From: Eledone cirrhosa
Taxonomy: Eukaryota
Length of the DNA stretch: 64,000 nucleotides
Assembly (NCBI GenBank): GCA_964016885.1
Contig: OZ024742.1
Coordinates: 139,128,001 to 139,192,000, forward strand
Reading direction: 5' to 3'
Position 1 is the stretch's first letter. Each line of letters begins with the position of its first letter. Below the pieces are notes generated by a model. The model was given only the letters and a program-made list of their open reading frames with translations, was not told the DNA's origin and did no database searches. Shown here piece by piece: positions 1 through 14,899 of this stretch. Position numbers and translations under genes: made by a program.

Positions 1-3000
1 GGTAGTGTACTTCAACTGGCGTTATATAGACAGTATTGGTGTGAGGCAAGTGTACTTCAAATGGCGTTACATAGACAGTATTGGTGTGACGGCAGTGTAC
101 TTCAACTGGCGTTACATAGACAGTATTTGTGTGACGGCAGTATACTTCAACTGGCGTTACATAGACAGTATTGGTGTTACTGCAATGTACTTCCACTGGT
201 GTTACATAGAGAGAATTGGTGTGACGGTAGTGTACTTCAACTGGCGTTACATAGACAGTATTGGTGATACGGCAATGTACTTCCACTTGTGTTACATAGA
301 CAGTATTGGTGTGACGGCAGTGTACTTCAACTGGCGTTACATAGACAGTATTGGTGTGAGGGCAATGTACTTCAACTGGCGTTACATAGAAAGTATTCAT
401 GTGACGGCTGTGTACTTCAACTGGCGTTACATAGACAGTATTGGTGTGAGGGCAGTGTGCTTCAAATGGCGTTACTTAGACAGTATTCGTGTGAGGGCAG
501 TATATTTCAATTGGCGTTACATAGACAGTATTGATGTGACGGCAGTGTACTTCAACTGGCGTTACATATACAGTATTCGTGTGACGGCTGTGTACTTCAA
601 CTGGCGTCACATAGACTATATTGGTGAGACGACAGTATACTTCAACTGGCGTTACATAAACAGTATTGGTGTGACGGAAGTGTACTTCAGCTGGCGTTAC
701 ATAGACAGTATTGGTGTGACGGCAGTGTACATCAACTGGCGTTACATAGACAGTATTGGTGAGAGGGCAGTGTATTTCAACTGGTGTTACATAGACAGTA
801 TTGGTGAGAGGGCAGTGTACTTCAACTGTTGTTACATAGACATTATTGGTGTGACGGCAGTGTACTTCAACTGGTGTTACATAGACAGTATTGGTGTGAG
901 GGAAGTGTACTTGAAGTGGCATTACATAGACAGTATTGGTGTGACGGCAGTGTACTTCAACTGGCGTTACATAGACAGTATTGGTGTGACGGCAGTGTAC
1001 TTCAACTGGCGTTACATAGACAGTATTGGTGAGAGGGCAGTGTACTTCAACTGGTGTTACATAGACAGTATTGTTGTGACGGCAGTATACTTCAACTGGG
1101 GTTACATAGACAGTATTGGTGTGACGGCAGTTTACTTCAACTGGCGTTACATAGACAGTATTGGTGAGAGGGCAGTGTACTTCAACTGGCGTTACATAGA
1201 CAGTATTGGTGTGAGGGCAGTGTTCTTCAACTGGCGTTACATAGACAGTATTGATGTGACGCCAGTGTATTTCAACTGGGGTTACATAGACAGTATTGGT
1301 GTGAGGGCAGTGTGCTTCAAATGGCGTTACATAGACAGTATTGGTGTGACAGCAGTATACTTCAACTGGCGTTACATAGACAGTATTGGTGTGACGGCAG
1401 TATACTTCAACTGGCGTTACATAGACAGTATTGGTGTGACGGCAGTATACTTCAACTGGCGTTACATAGACAGAGTTGGTGTGACGGCAGTGTAATTCAA
1501 CTGGCGTTACATAGACAGTATTGGTGTGACGGCAGTGTACTTCAACTGGCGTCACATAGAGAGTATTGGTGTGAGGGCAGTGTACTTCAACTGGCGTTAC
1601 ATAGACAGTATTGGTGAGAGGGCAGTGTACTTCAACTGGCGTTACATAGACGGTATTGGTGTGACGACAGTGTACTTCAACTGGCGTTACATAGACAGTA
1701 TTGGTGTGAGGGCAGTGTGCTTCAAATGGCGTTACATAGACAGTATTGGTGTGACGGCAGTTTACTTCAACTGTTGTCACATAGACTATATTGGTGAGAC
1801 GACAGTATAATTCAACTGATGTTACATAGACAGTATTGGTGTGACGGCAGTGTACTTCAACTGGCGTTACATAAACAGTATTGATTTGACGGCAGTGTAC
1901 TTCAACTGGCGTTATATAGACAGTATTGGTGTGACGACAGTGTACTTCAACTGGCGTTACATGGACAGTATTGGTGTGACGGCAGTGTACGTCAACTGGC
2001 GTTACATAGACGGTATTGGTGTGACGGCAGTATACTTCAACTGGCGTTACATAGACAGTATTGGTGTGAGGGCAGTGTACTTCAACTGGCGTTACATGGA
2101 CAGTATTGGTGTGACGGCAGTGTACTTCAACTGGCGTTACATAGACAGTATTGGTGTGATGGCAGTGTAATTCAACTGGCGTCACGTAGACAGTATTTGT
2201 GTGACGGCAGTATACTTCAACAGGCGTTACATAGACAGTATTGGTGTGAAGGCAGTATACTTGAACTGGCATTACATAAACAGTATTGGTGTGACGGTAG
2301 TGTACTTCAACTGGCGTTATATAGACAGTATTGGTGTGAGGCAAGTGTACTTCAAATGGCGTTACATAGACAGTATTGGTGTGACGGCAGCGTACTTCAA
2401 CTGGCGTTACATAGACAGTATTAGTGTGCGGGCCGTGTACTTCAATTAGCGTAACATGGACAGTATTGATGTGACGGCAGTATACTTCAACTGGAGTTAC
2501 ATAGACAGTATTGGTGTGACGGCAGTATACTTCAACTGGCGTTACATAGACAGTATTGGTGTGACGGCATTGTACTTCAACTGGCGTTACATAGAGAGTA
2601 TTGGTGAGAGGGCAGTGTACTTCAACTGGTGTTACATAGAGAGTATTGGTGTGACGGCAGTATGCTTCAACTGGCGTTACAAAGACAGTATTGGTGAGAG
2701 GGCAGTGTACTTCAACTGGTGTTACATAGACAGTATTGGTGTGAGGGCAGTGTTCTTCAACTGGCGTTACATAGACAGTATTGGTGAGACGACAGTATAC
2801 TTCAACTGGCGTCATATAGACAGTATTGGTGTGACGACAGTGTACTTCAACTGGCGTTACATAGACAGTATTGGTGTGACGGCAGTGTACTTCAACTGGC
2901 GTTACATAGACTATATTGGTGAGACGACAGTATAATTCAACTGGCGTTACATAGACAGTATTGGTGTGACGGCAGTATACTTCAACTGGCGTTACATAGA

Positions 3001-6000
3001 CAGTATTGGTGTGACGGCAGTGTACTTCAACTGCCATCACATAGACAGTATTTGTGTGACGGCAGTATACTTCAACTGGCGTTACATAGACAGTATTGGT
3101 GTGAGGGCAGTGTACTTCAACTGGCGTTACATAGACAGTATTGGCGTGACGGCAGTGTACTTCAACTGGCGTATACATAGACAGTATTGGTGTGATGGCA
3201 GTGTACTTCAACTGGCGTTACATAGACAGTATTTGTGTGACGGCAGTATACTTCAACTGGCGTTACATAGACAGTATTGGTGTGACGGCAGTATACTTCA
3301 ACTGGCGTTACATAAACAGTATTGGAGTGATGGCAGTGTAATTCAACTGGCGTTACATAGACAGAATTTGTGTTACGGCAATGTACTTCCACTGGTGTTA
3401 CATATAGAGTATTGGTGTGACGGCAGTGTACTTCAAATGTCGTTACATAAACAGTATTGGTGAGCGGGCAGTGTACTTCAACTGGTGTTACATAGACATT
3501 ATTGGTGTGACGGCAGTGTACTTCAACTGGCGTTACATAGACAGTATTGGTGAGAGGGCAGTGTACTTCAACTGGCGTTACATAGTCAGTATTGGTGTGA
3601 CGGCAGTGTACTTCAACTGGCATCACGTAGACAGTATTTGTGTGACGACAGTATACTTCAACTGGCGTTACATAGACAGTATTGGTGTGAGGGCAGTGTA
3701 CTTCAACTGGCGTTACATAGACAGTATTGGTGTGACGGCAGTATAATTCAACTGGCGTTACATAGACAGTATTGGTGATAGGGCAGTGTACTTCAACTGG
3801 TGTTACATAGACAGTATTGGTGTGACGGCAGTGTACTTCAACTGGCGTTACATAGACAGTATTGGTGTGAGGGCAATGTACTTCAACTGGTGTTACATAG
3901 ACAGTATTGATGTGACGGCAGTGTACTTCAACTGGCATCACATAGACAGTATTTCTGTGACGGCAGTATACTTCAACTGGCGTTACATAGACGGTATTGG
4001 TGTGACGGCAGTATACTTCAACTGGCGTTACATAAACAGTATTGGTGTGACGGTAGTGTACTTCAACTGGCGTTACATAGACAGTATTGGTGTTACTGCA
4101 ATGTACTTCCACTGGTGTTACATAGAGAGTATTGGTGTGACGGCAGTGTACTTCAAATGGCGTTACATAAACAGTATTGGTGAGCGGGCAGTGTACTTCA
4201 ACAGGTGTTACATAGACAGTATTGGTGTGACGGCAGTGTACTTCAACTGGCGTTACATAGACAGTATTGGTGAGAGGGCAGTGTACTTCAACTGGTGCTA
4301 CATAAACAGTATTGATGTGACGGCAGTGTACTTCAACTGGTGTTACATAGACAGTATTGGTGTGAGGGCAATGTACTTCAACTGGCGTTACATAGACAGT
4401 ATTCATGTGACGGCTGTGTGCTTCAAATGGCGTTACATAGACAGTATTGTGTGACGGCAGTGTACTTCAACTGGCGTTACTTAGACAGTATTGGTGTGAG
4501 GGCAGTGTACTTCAATTGGCGTTACATAGACAGTATTGGTGAGAGGGCAGTATCCTTCAACTGTTGTTACATAGACATTATTGGTGTGACGGCAGTGTAC
4601 TTCAACTGGTGTTACATAGACAGTATTGGTGTGAGGGAAGTGTACTTCAAATGGCGTTACATAGACAGTATTGGTGTGACGGCAGTGTACTTCAACTGGC
4701 GTTACATAGACAGTATTGGTGTGACGGCAGTGTACTTCAACTGGCGTTACATAGACTATATTGGTGAGACGACAGTATAATTCAACTGGCGTTACATAGA
4801 CAGTATTGGTGAGAGGGCAGTGTACTTCAACTATGTTACAGAGACAGTATTGGTGTGACGGCAGTGTACTTCAACTGGCGTTACATAGAGAGTATTGGTG
4901 TGAGGGCAGTGTACTTCAATTGGCGTTACATAGACAGTATTGGTGAGAGGGCAGTGTACTTCAACTGGTGTTACATAGACAGTATTGGTGTGACGGCAGT
5001 ATGCTTCAACTGGCGTTACATAGACAGTATTGGTGTGACAGCAGTGTGCTTCAAATGGCGTTACATAGACAGTATTGGTGTGACGGCAGTATACTTCAAC
5101 TGGCGTTACATAGACAGTATTGGTGTGACGGCAGTATACTTCAACTGGCGTTACATAGACAGTATTGCTGTGACGGCAGTATACTTCAACTGGCGTTACA
5201 TAGACAGTATTGGTGTGACGGCAGTATACTTCAACTGGCGTTATATAGACAGTATTGGCGTGACGGCAGTGTACTTCAACTGGCGTTACATAAACAGTAT
5301 TGATGTGACGGCAATGTACTTCAACTGGCGTTACATAGACAGTATTGGTGTGACGGCAGTGTACTTCAACTGGCGTCACATAGAGAGTATTGGTGTGAGG
5401 GCAGTGTACTTCAACTGGCGTTACATAGACAGTATTGGTGTGACGGCAGTATAATTCAACTGGCGTTACATAGACAGTATTGGTGAGATGGCAGTGTACT
5501 TCAACTGGTGTTACATAGACAGTATTGGTGTGACGGCAGTGTACTTCAACTGGCGTTACATAGACAGTATTGGTGTGAGGGCAATGTGCTTCAACTGGTG
5601 TTACATAGACCGTATTGATGTGACGGCAGTGTACTTCAACTGGCGTTACATAGCCAGTATTGGTGTGAGGGAAGTGTGCTTCAAATGAAGTTACATAGAC
5701 AGAATTGTGTGACGGCAGTGTACTTCAACTGGCGTTACTTAGACAGTATTGGTGTGAGGGCAGTGTACTTCAATTGGCGTTACATAGACAGTATTGATGT
5801 GACGGCAGTGTACTTCAACTGGCGTTACATAGACAGTATTGGTGTGAGGGAAGTGTTCTTCAAATGAAGTTACATAGACAGTATTGTGTGACGACAGTGT
5901 ACTTCAACTGGCGTTACATAGACAGTATTGGTGTGAGGGCAGTGTGCTTCAAATGGCGTTACATAGACAGTATTTGTGTGACGGCAGTATACTTCAACTG

Positions 6001-9000
6001 GCGTTACATAGACAGTATTGGTGTGACGGCAGTATACTTCAACTGGCGTTACATAGACAGTATTGATGTGACGGCAGTGTACTTCAACTGGCGTTACATA
6101 GACAGTATTGGTGAGAGGGCAGTGTACTTCAACTGGCGTCACATAGAAGGTATTGGTGTGACGACAGTGTACTTCAACTGGCGTTACATAGACAGTATTG
6201 GTGTGAGGGCAGTGTGCTTCAAATGGCGTTACGTAAACAGTATTGGTGTGACGGCAGTGTGCTTCAACTGGCGTTACATAGACAGTAATGGTGTGACGGC
6301 AGTGTACTTCAAAAGGGCGTTACATAGACAGTATTGGTGTGACGGCAGTGTACTTCAACTGGCATCACATAGACAGTATTTGTGTGACGACAGTATACTT
6401 CAACTGGCGTTACATAGACAGTATTGGTGTGAGGGCAGTGTACTTCAACTGGCGTTACATAGAGAGTATTTGTGTAACGGCAGTATAATTCAACTGGCGT
6501 TACATAGACAGTATTGGTGAGATGGCAGTATACTTCAACTGGCGTTACATAGACAGTATTGGTGTGTGGGCAGTGTACTTCAACTGGCGTTACATAGACA
6601 GTATTGGTGTGACGGCAGTGTACTTCAACTGGCGTTACATAGACAGTATTGGTGTGATGCAGTCTAATTCAACTGGCGTCACATAGAGAGTATTTGTGTG
6701 ACGGCAGTATACTTCAACTGGCGTTACATAGACAGTATTGGTGTGACGGCAGTATACTTCAACTGGCGTTACATAAACAGTATTGGTGTGACGGTAGTGT
6801 ACTTCAACCGGCGTTACATAGACAGTATTGGTGTTACTGCAATGTACTTCCACTGGTGTTACATAGAGAGTATTGGTGTGACGGCAGTGTACTTCAAATG
6901 GCGTTACATAAACAGTATTGGTGAGCGGGCAGTGTACTTCAACATGTGTTACATAGACAGTATTCATGTGACGGCTGTGTGCTTCAAATGGCGTTACATA
7001 GACAGTATTGTGTGACGGCACTGTACTTTAGCTGGCGTTACTTAGACAGTATTGGTGTGACGGCAGTGTACTTCAACTGGCGTTACATAGACAGTATTGG
7101 TGAGAGGGCAGTGTACTTCAACTGGTGTTACATAAACAGTATTGGTGTGACGGCAGTGTACTTCAACTGGTGTTACATAGACAGTATTGGTGTGAGGGCA
7201 ATGTACTTCAACTGGCGTTACATAGACAGTATTCATGTGACGTCTGTGTGCTTCAAATGGCGTTACATAGACAGTATTGTGTGACGTCACTGTACTTCAA
7301 CTGGCGTTACTTAGACAGTATTGGTGTGAGGGCAGTGTACTTCAATTGGCGTTACATAGACAGTATTGGTGAGAGGGCAGTATCCTTCAACTGTTGTTAC
7401 ATAGACATTATTGGTGTGACGGCAGTGTACTTCAACTGGCGTTACATAGACAGTATTGATGTGAGGGAAGTGTACTTCAAATGGCGTTACATAGACAGTA
7501 TTGGTGTGACGGCAGTGTACTTCAACTGGCGTTACATAGACAGTATTGGTGTGACGGCAGTGTACTTCAACTGGCGTTACATAGACAGTATTAGTGAGAA
7601 GGCAGTGTACTTCAACTGGCGTTACATAGACAGTATTGGTGAGAGGGCAGTGTACTTCAACTATGTTACATAGACAGTATTGGTGTGACGGCAGTGTACT
7701 TCAACTGGCGTTACATAGAGAGTATTGGTGTGAGGGCAGTGTACTTCAACTGGCATCACGTAGACAGTATTTGTGTGACGACAGTATACTTCAACTGGCG
7801 TTACATAGACAGTATTGGTGTGAGGGCAGTGTACTTCAACTGGCGTTACATAGACAGTATTGGTGTGACGGCAGTATAATTCAACTGGCGTTACATAGAC
7901 AGTATTGGTTTGATGCAGTCTAATTCAACTGGCGTCACATAGACAGTATTTGTGTGACGGCAGTATACTTCAACTGGCGTTACATAGACAGTATTGGTGT
8001 GACGGCAGTATACTTCAACTGGCGTTACATAAACAGTATTGGTGTGAGGGCAATGTACTTCAACTGGTGTTACATAGACAGTATTGATGTGACGGCAGTG
8101 TACTTCAACTGGCATCACATAGACAGTATTTCTGTGACGGCAGTATACTTCAATTGGCGTTACATCGACAGTATTGGTGTGAGGGCAGTGTACTTCAACT
8201 GGCGTTACATAGACAGTATTGGTGTGACGGCAGTGTACTTCAACTGGCGTTACATAGACAGTATTGGTTTGATGCAGTCTAATTCAACTGGCGTCACATA
8301 GACAGTATTTGTGTGACGGCAGTATACTTCAACTGGCGTTACATAGACAGTATTGGTGTGACGGCAGTATACTTCAACTGGCGTTACATAAACAGTATTG
8401 GTGTGACGGTAGTGTACTTCAACTGGCGTTACATAGACAGTATTGGTGTTACTGCAATGTACTTCCACTGGTGTTACATAGAGAGTATTGGTGTGACGGC
8501 AGTGTACTTCAAATGGCGTTACATAAACAGTATTGGTGAGCGGGCAGTGTACTTCAACAGGTGTTACATAGACAGTATTGGTGTGACGGCAGTGTACTTC
8601 AACTGGCGTTACATAGACAGTATTGGTGAGAGGGCAGTGTACTTCAACTGGTGCTACATAAACAGTATTGATGTGACGGCAGTGTACTTCAACTGGTGTT
8701 ACATAGACAGTATTGGTGTGAGGGCAATGTACTTCAACTGGCGTTACATAGACAGTATTCATGTGACGGCTGTGTGCTTCAAATGGCGTTACATAGACAG
8801 TATTGTGTGACGGCAGTGTACTTCAACTGGCGTTACTTAGACAGTATTGGTGTGAGGGCAGTGTACTTCAATTGGCGTTACATAGACAGTATTGGTGAGA
8901 GGGCAGTATCCTTCAACTGTTGTTACATAGACATTATTGGTGTGACGGCAGTGTACTTCAACTGGTGTTAAATAGACAGTATTGGTGTGAGGGAAGTGTA

Positions 9001-12000
9001 CTTCAAATGGCGTTACATAGACAGTATTGGTGTGACGGCAGTGTACTTCAACTGGCGTTACATAGACAGTATTGGTGTGACGGCAGTGTACTTCAACTGT
9101 TGTCACATAGACTATATTGGTGAGACGACAGTATAATTCAACTGGCGTTACATAGACAGTATTGGTGAGAGGGCAGTGTACTTCAACTATGTTACATAGA
9201 CAGTATTGGTGTGACGGCAGTGTACTTCAACTGGCGTTACATACAGAGTATTGGTGTGAGGGCAGTGTACTTCAATTGGCGTTACATAGACAGTATTGGT
9301 GAGAGGGCAGTGTACTTCAACTGGTGTTACATAGACAGTATTGGTGTGACGGCAGTATGCTTCAACTGGCGTTACATAGACAGTATTCATGTGACGGCTG
9401 TGTGCTTCAAATGGCGTTACATAGACAGTATTGTGTGACGGCACTGTACTTCAACTGGCGTTATATAGACAGTATTGGTGTGAGGGCAGTGTACTTCAAT
9501 TGGCGTTACATAGACAGTATTGGTGAGAGGGCAGTATCCTTCAACTGTTGTTACATAGACATTATTGGTGTGACGGCAGTGTACTTCAACTGGTGTTACA
9601 TAGACAGTATTGATGTGAGGGAAGTGTACTTCAAATGGCGTTACATAGACAGTATTGGTGTGACGGCAGTGTACTTCAACTGGCGTTACATAGACAGTAT
9701 TGGTGTGACGGCAGTGTACTTCAACTGGCGTTACATAGACAGTATTAGTGAGAGGGCAGTGTACTTCAACTGGCGTTATATAGACAGTATTGGCGTGACG
9801 GCAGTGTACTTCAAATGGCGTTACATAGACAGTATTGGTGTGACGGCAGTGTACTTCAACTGGCGTTACATAGACAGTATTGGTGTGACGGCAGTGTACT
9901 TCAACTGGCGTTACATAGACAGTATTAGTGAGAAGGCAGTGTACTTCAACTGGCGTTACATAGACAGTATTGGTGAGAGGGCAGTGTACTTCAACTATGT
10001 TACATAGACAGTATTGGTGTGACGGCAGTGTACTTCAACTGGCGTTACATAGAGAGTATTGGTGTGAGGGCAGTGTACTTCAATTGGCGTTACATAGACA
10101 GTATTGGTGAGAGGGCAGTGTACTTCAACTGGTGTTACATAGACAGTATTGGTGTGACGGCAGTATGCTTCAACTGGCGTTACATAGACAGTATTGGTGA
10201 GAGGGCAGTGTACTTCAACTGGTGTTACATAGACAGTATTGGTGTGACGGCAGTGTACTTCAACTGGCGTTACATAGACAGTATTGGTGTGAGGGCAGTG
10301 TTCTTCAACTGGCGTTACATAGACAGTATTGATGTGACGGCAGTGTATTTCAACTGGGGTTACATAGACAGTATTGGTGTGACAGCAGTGTGCTTCAAAT
10401 GGCGTTACATAGACAGTATTGGTGTGACGGCAGTATACTTCAACTGGCGTTACATAGACAGTATTGGTGTGACGGCAGTATACTTCAACTGGCGTTACAT
10501 AGACAGTATTGGTGTGACGGCAGTATACTTCAACTGGCGTTATATAGACAGTATTGGTGTGACGGCAGTGTACTTCAATTGGCGTTACATAGACAGTATT
10601 GATATGACGGCAGTGTACTTCAACTGGCGTTATATAGACAGTATTGGCGTGACGGCAGTGTACTTCAACTGGCGTTACATAGACAGTATTGATGTGACGG
10701 CAATGTACTTCAACTGGCGTTACATAGACAGTATTGGTGTGACGGCAGTGTACTTCAACTGGCGTCACATAGAGAGTATTGGTGTGAGGGCAGTGTACTT
10801 CAACTGGCGTTACATAGACAGTATTGGTGTGACGGCAGTATAATTCAACTGGCGTTACATAGACAGTATTGGTGAGAGGGCAGTGTACTTCAACTGGTGT
10901 TACATAGACAGTATTGGTGTGACGGCAGTGTACTTCAACTGGCGTTACATAGACAGTATTGGTGTGAGGGCAATGTGCTTCAACTGGTGTTACATAGACC
11001 GTATTGATGTGACGGCAGTGTGCTTCAACTGGCGTTACATAGCCAGTATTGGTGTGAGGGAAGTGTGCTTCAAATGAAGTTACATAGACAGTATTGTGTG
11101 ACGGCAGTGTACTTCAACTGGCGTTACTTAGACAGTATTGGTGTGAGGGCAGTGTACTTCAATTGGCGTTACATAGACAGTATTGATGTGACGGCAGTGT
11201 ACTTCAACTGGCGTTACATAGACAGTATTGGTGTGAGGGAAGTGTTCTTCAAATGAAGTTACATAGACAGTATTGTGTGACGGCAGTGTACTTCAACTGG
11301 TGTTACATAGACAGTATTGGTGTGAGGGCAGTGTGCTTCAAATGGCGTTACATAGACAGTATTTGTGTGACGGCAGTATACTTCAACTGGCGTTACATAG
11401 ACAGTATTGGTGTGACGGCAGTATACTTCAACTGGCGTTACATAGACAGTATTGGTGTGACGGCAGTGTAATTCAACTGGCGTTACATAGACAGTATTGG
11501 TGAGAGGGTAGTGTACTTCAACTGGCGTCACATAGAAGGTATTGGTGTGACGACAGTGTACTTCAACTGGCGTTACATAGACAATATTGGTGTGAGGGCA
11601 GTGTGCTTCAAATGGCGTTACATAAACAGTATTGGTGTGACGGCAGTGTGCTTCAACTGGCGTTACATAGACAGTATTGGTGTGACGGCAGTGTACTTCA
11701 AAAGGGCGTTACATAGACAGTATTGGTGTGACGGCAGTGTACTTCAACTGGCATCACATAGACAGTATTTGTGTGACGACAGTATACTTCAACTGGCGTT
11801 ACATAGACAGTATTGGTGTGAGGGCAGTGTACTTCAACTGGCGTTACATAGAGAGTATTGGTGTAACGGCAGTATAATTCAACTGGCGTTACATAGACAG
11901 TATTGGTGAGATGGCAGTATACTTCAACTGGTGTTACATAGACAGTATTGGTGTGACGGCAGTGTACTTCAACTGGCGTTACATAGACAGTATTGGTGTG

Positions 12001-14899
12001 AGGGCAATGTACTTCAACTGGTGTTACATAGACAGTATTGATGTGACGGCAGTGTACTTCAACTGGCGTTACATAGACAGTATTGGTGTGAGGGAAGTGT
12101 GCTTCAAATGGGGTTACATAGACAGTATTGTGTGACGGCAATGTACATCAACTGGCGTTACTTAGACAGTATTGGTGTGAGGGCAGTGTACTTCAATTGG
12201 CGTTACATAGACAGTATTGGTGTGACGGCAGTGTACTTCAACTGTTGTCACATAGACTATATTGGTGAGACGACAGTATAATTCAACTGGCGTTACATAG
12301 ACAGTATTGGTGAGACGACAGTATACTTAAACTGGCGTCATATAGACAGTATTGGTGTGACGACAGTGTACTTCAACTGGCGTTACATAGACAGTATTGG
12401 TGTGACGGCAGTGTACTTCAACTGGCGTTACATAGACAGTATTGGTGTGACGGCAGTATACTTCAACTGGCGTTACATAGACAGTATTGGATGTGACGAC
12501 AGTGTACTTCAACTGGCATCACATAGACAGTATTTGTGTGACGGCAGTATACTTCAACTGGCGTTACATAGACAGTATTGGTGTGAGGGCAGTGTACTTC
12601 AACTGGCGTTACATAGACAGTATTGGTGTGACGGCAGTGTACGTCAACTGGCGTTACATAGACAGTATTGGTGTGACGGCAGTGTACTTCAACTGGCGTT
12701 ACATAGACAGTATTGGTGAGAGGGCAGTGTATTTCAACTGGTGTTACATAGACACTATTTGTGTGACAGTAGTGTACTTCAACTGGCGTTACATAGAGAG
12801 TATTGGTGTGAGGGCAGTGTACTTCAACTGGCGTTACATAGACAGTATTGGTGTGACGGCAGTGTACTTCAACTGGCGTCACATAGAGAGTATTGGTGTG
12901 AGGGCAGTGTACTTCAACTGGCGTTACATAGACAGTATTGGTGTGACGGCAGTATAATTCAACTGGCGTTACATAGACAGTATTGGTGAGAGGGCAGTGT
13001 ACTTCAACTGGTGTTACATAGACAGTATTGGTGTGACGGCAGTGTACTTCAACTGGCGTTACATAGATAGTATTGGTGTGAGGGCAATGTGCTTCAAATG
13101 AAGTTACATAGACAGTATTGTGTGACGGCAGTGTACTTCAACTGGCGTTACTTAGACAGTATTGGTGTGAGGGCAGTGTACTTCAATTGGCGTTACATAG
13201 ACAGTATTGATGTTACGGCAGTGTACTTCAACTGGCGTTACATAGACAGTATTGGTGTGAGGGAAGTGTTCTTCAAATGAAGTTACATAGACAGTATTGT
13301 GTGACGGCAGTGTACTTCAACTGGCGTTACATAGACAGTATTGGTGTGAGGGCAGTGTGCTTCAAATGGCGTTACATAGACAGTATTTGTGTGACGGCAG
13401 TATACTTCAACTGGCGTTACATAGACAGTATTGGTGTGACGGCAGTATACTTCTACTGGCGTTACATAGACAGTATTGGTGTGACGGCAGTGTACTTCAA
13501 CTGTTGTCACATAGACTATATTGGTGAGACGACAGTATAATTCAACTGGCGTTACATAGACAGTATTGGTGAGACGACAGTATACTTAGACTGGCGTCAT
13601 ATAGACAGTATTGGTGTGACGACAGTGTACTTCAACTGGCGTTACATAGACAGTATTGGTGTGACGGCAGTGTACTTCAACTGGCGTTACATAGACAGTA
13701 TTGGTGTGACGGCAGTATACTTCAACTGGCGTTACATAGACAGTATTGGATGTGACGGCAGTGTACTTCAACTGGCATCACATAGACAGTATTTGTGTGA
13801 CGGCAGTATACTTCAACTGGCGTTACATAGACAGTATTGGTGTGAGGGCAGTGTACTTCAACTGGCGTTACATAGACAGTATTGGTGTGACGGCAGTGTA
13901 CTTCAACTGGCGTTACATAGACAGTATTGGTGTGACGGCAGTGTACTTCAACTGGCGTTACATAGACAGTATTGGTGAGAGGGCAGTGTATTTCAACTGG
14001 TGTTACATAGACACTATTTGTGTGACAGTAGTGTACTTCAACTGGCGTTACATAGAGAGTATTGGTGTGAGGGCAGTGTACTTCAACTGGCGTTACATAG
14101 ACAGTATTGGTGTGACGGCAGTGTACTTCAACTGGCGTCACATAGAGAGTATTGGTGTGAGGGCAGTGTACTTCAACTGGCGTTACATAGACAGTATTGG
14201 TTTGACGGCAGTATAATTCAACTGGCGTTACATAGACAGTATTGGTGAGAGGGAAGTGTACTTCAACTGGTGTTACATAGACAGTATTGGTGTGACGGCA
14301 GTGTACTTCAACTGGCGTTACATAGATAGTATTGGTGTGAGGGCAATGTGCTTCAAATGAAGTTACATAGACAGTATTGTGTGACGGCAGTGTACTTCAA
14401 CTGGCGTTACTTAGACAGTATTGGTGTGAGGGCAGTGTAATTTCAATTGGCGTTACATAGACAGTATTGATGTTACGGCAGTGTACTTCAACTGGCGTTA
14501 CATAGACAGTATTGGTGTGAGGGAAGTGTTCTTCAAATGAAGTTACATAGACAGTATTGTGTGACGGCAGTGTACTTCAACTGGCGTTACATAGACAGTA
14601 TTGGTGTGAGGGCAGTGTGCTTCAAATGGCGTTACATAGACAGTATTTGTGTGACGGCAGTATACTTCAACTGGCGTTACATAGACAGTATTGGTGTGAC
14701 GGCAGTATACTTCTACTGGCGTTACATAGACAGTATTGGTGTGACGGCAATGTACTTCAACTGGCGTTACATAGAGAGTATTGGTGTGAGGGCAGTGTAC
14801 TTCAACTGGCGTTACATAGACAGTATTGGTGTGAGGGTAGTGTGCTTCGAATGGCGTTATATAGACAGTATTGGTGTGACGGCAGTGTACTTCAACTGG
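1..14899. repeat. 45-bp tandem satellite array (~330 units; continues left of the window)
   Basis: Consensus GGTGTGACGGCAGTGTACTTCAACTGGCGTTACATAGACAGTATT repeated head-to-tail with recurring variants and occasional 1-nt indels. All ORFs in 1-14.9 kb are translations of this unit. Confidence 0.98.

Noticed and set aside
1-14899. CRISPR array or genuine repeat-protein gene
   Set aside because: There are no unique spacers and no cas genes, the context is eukaryotic, and frames are broken by repeated 1-nt indels and stops.
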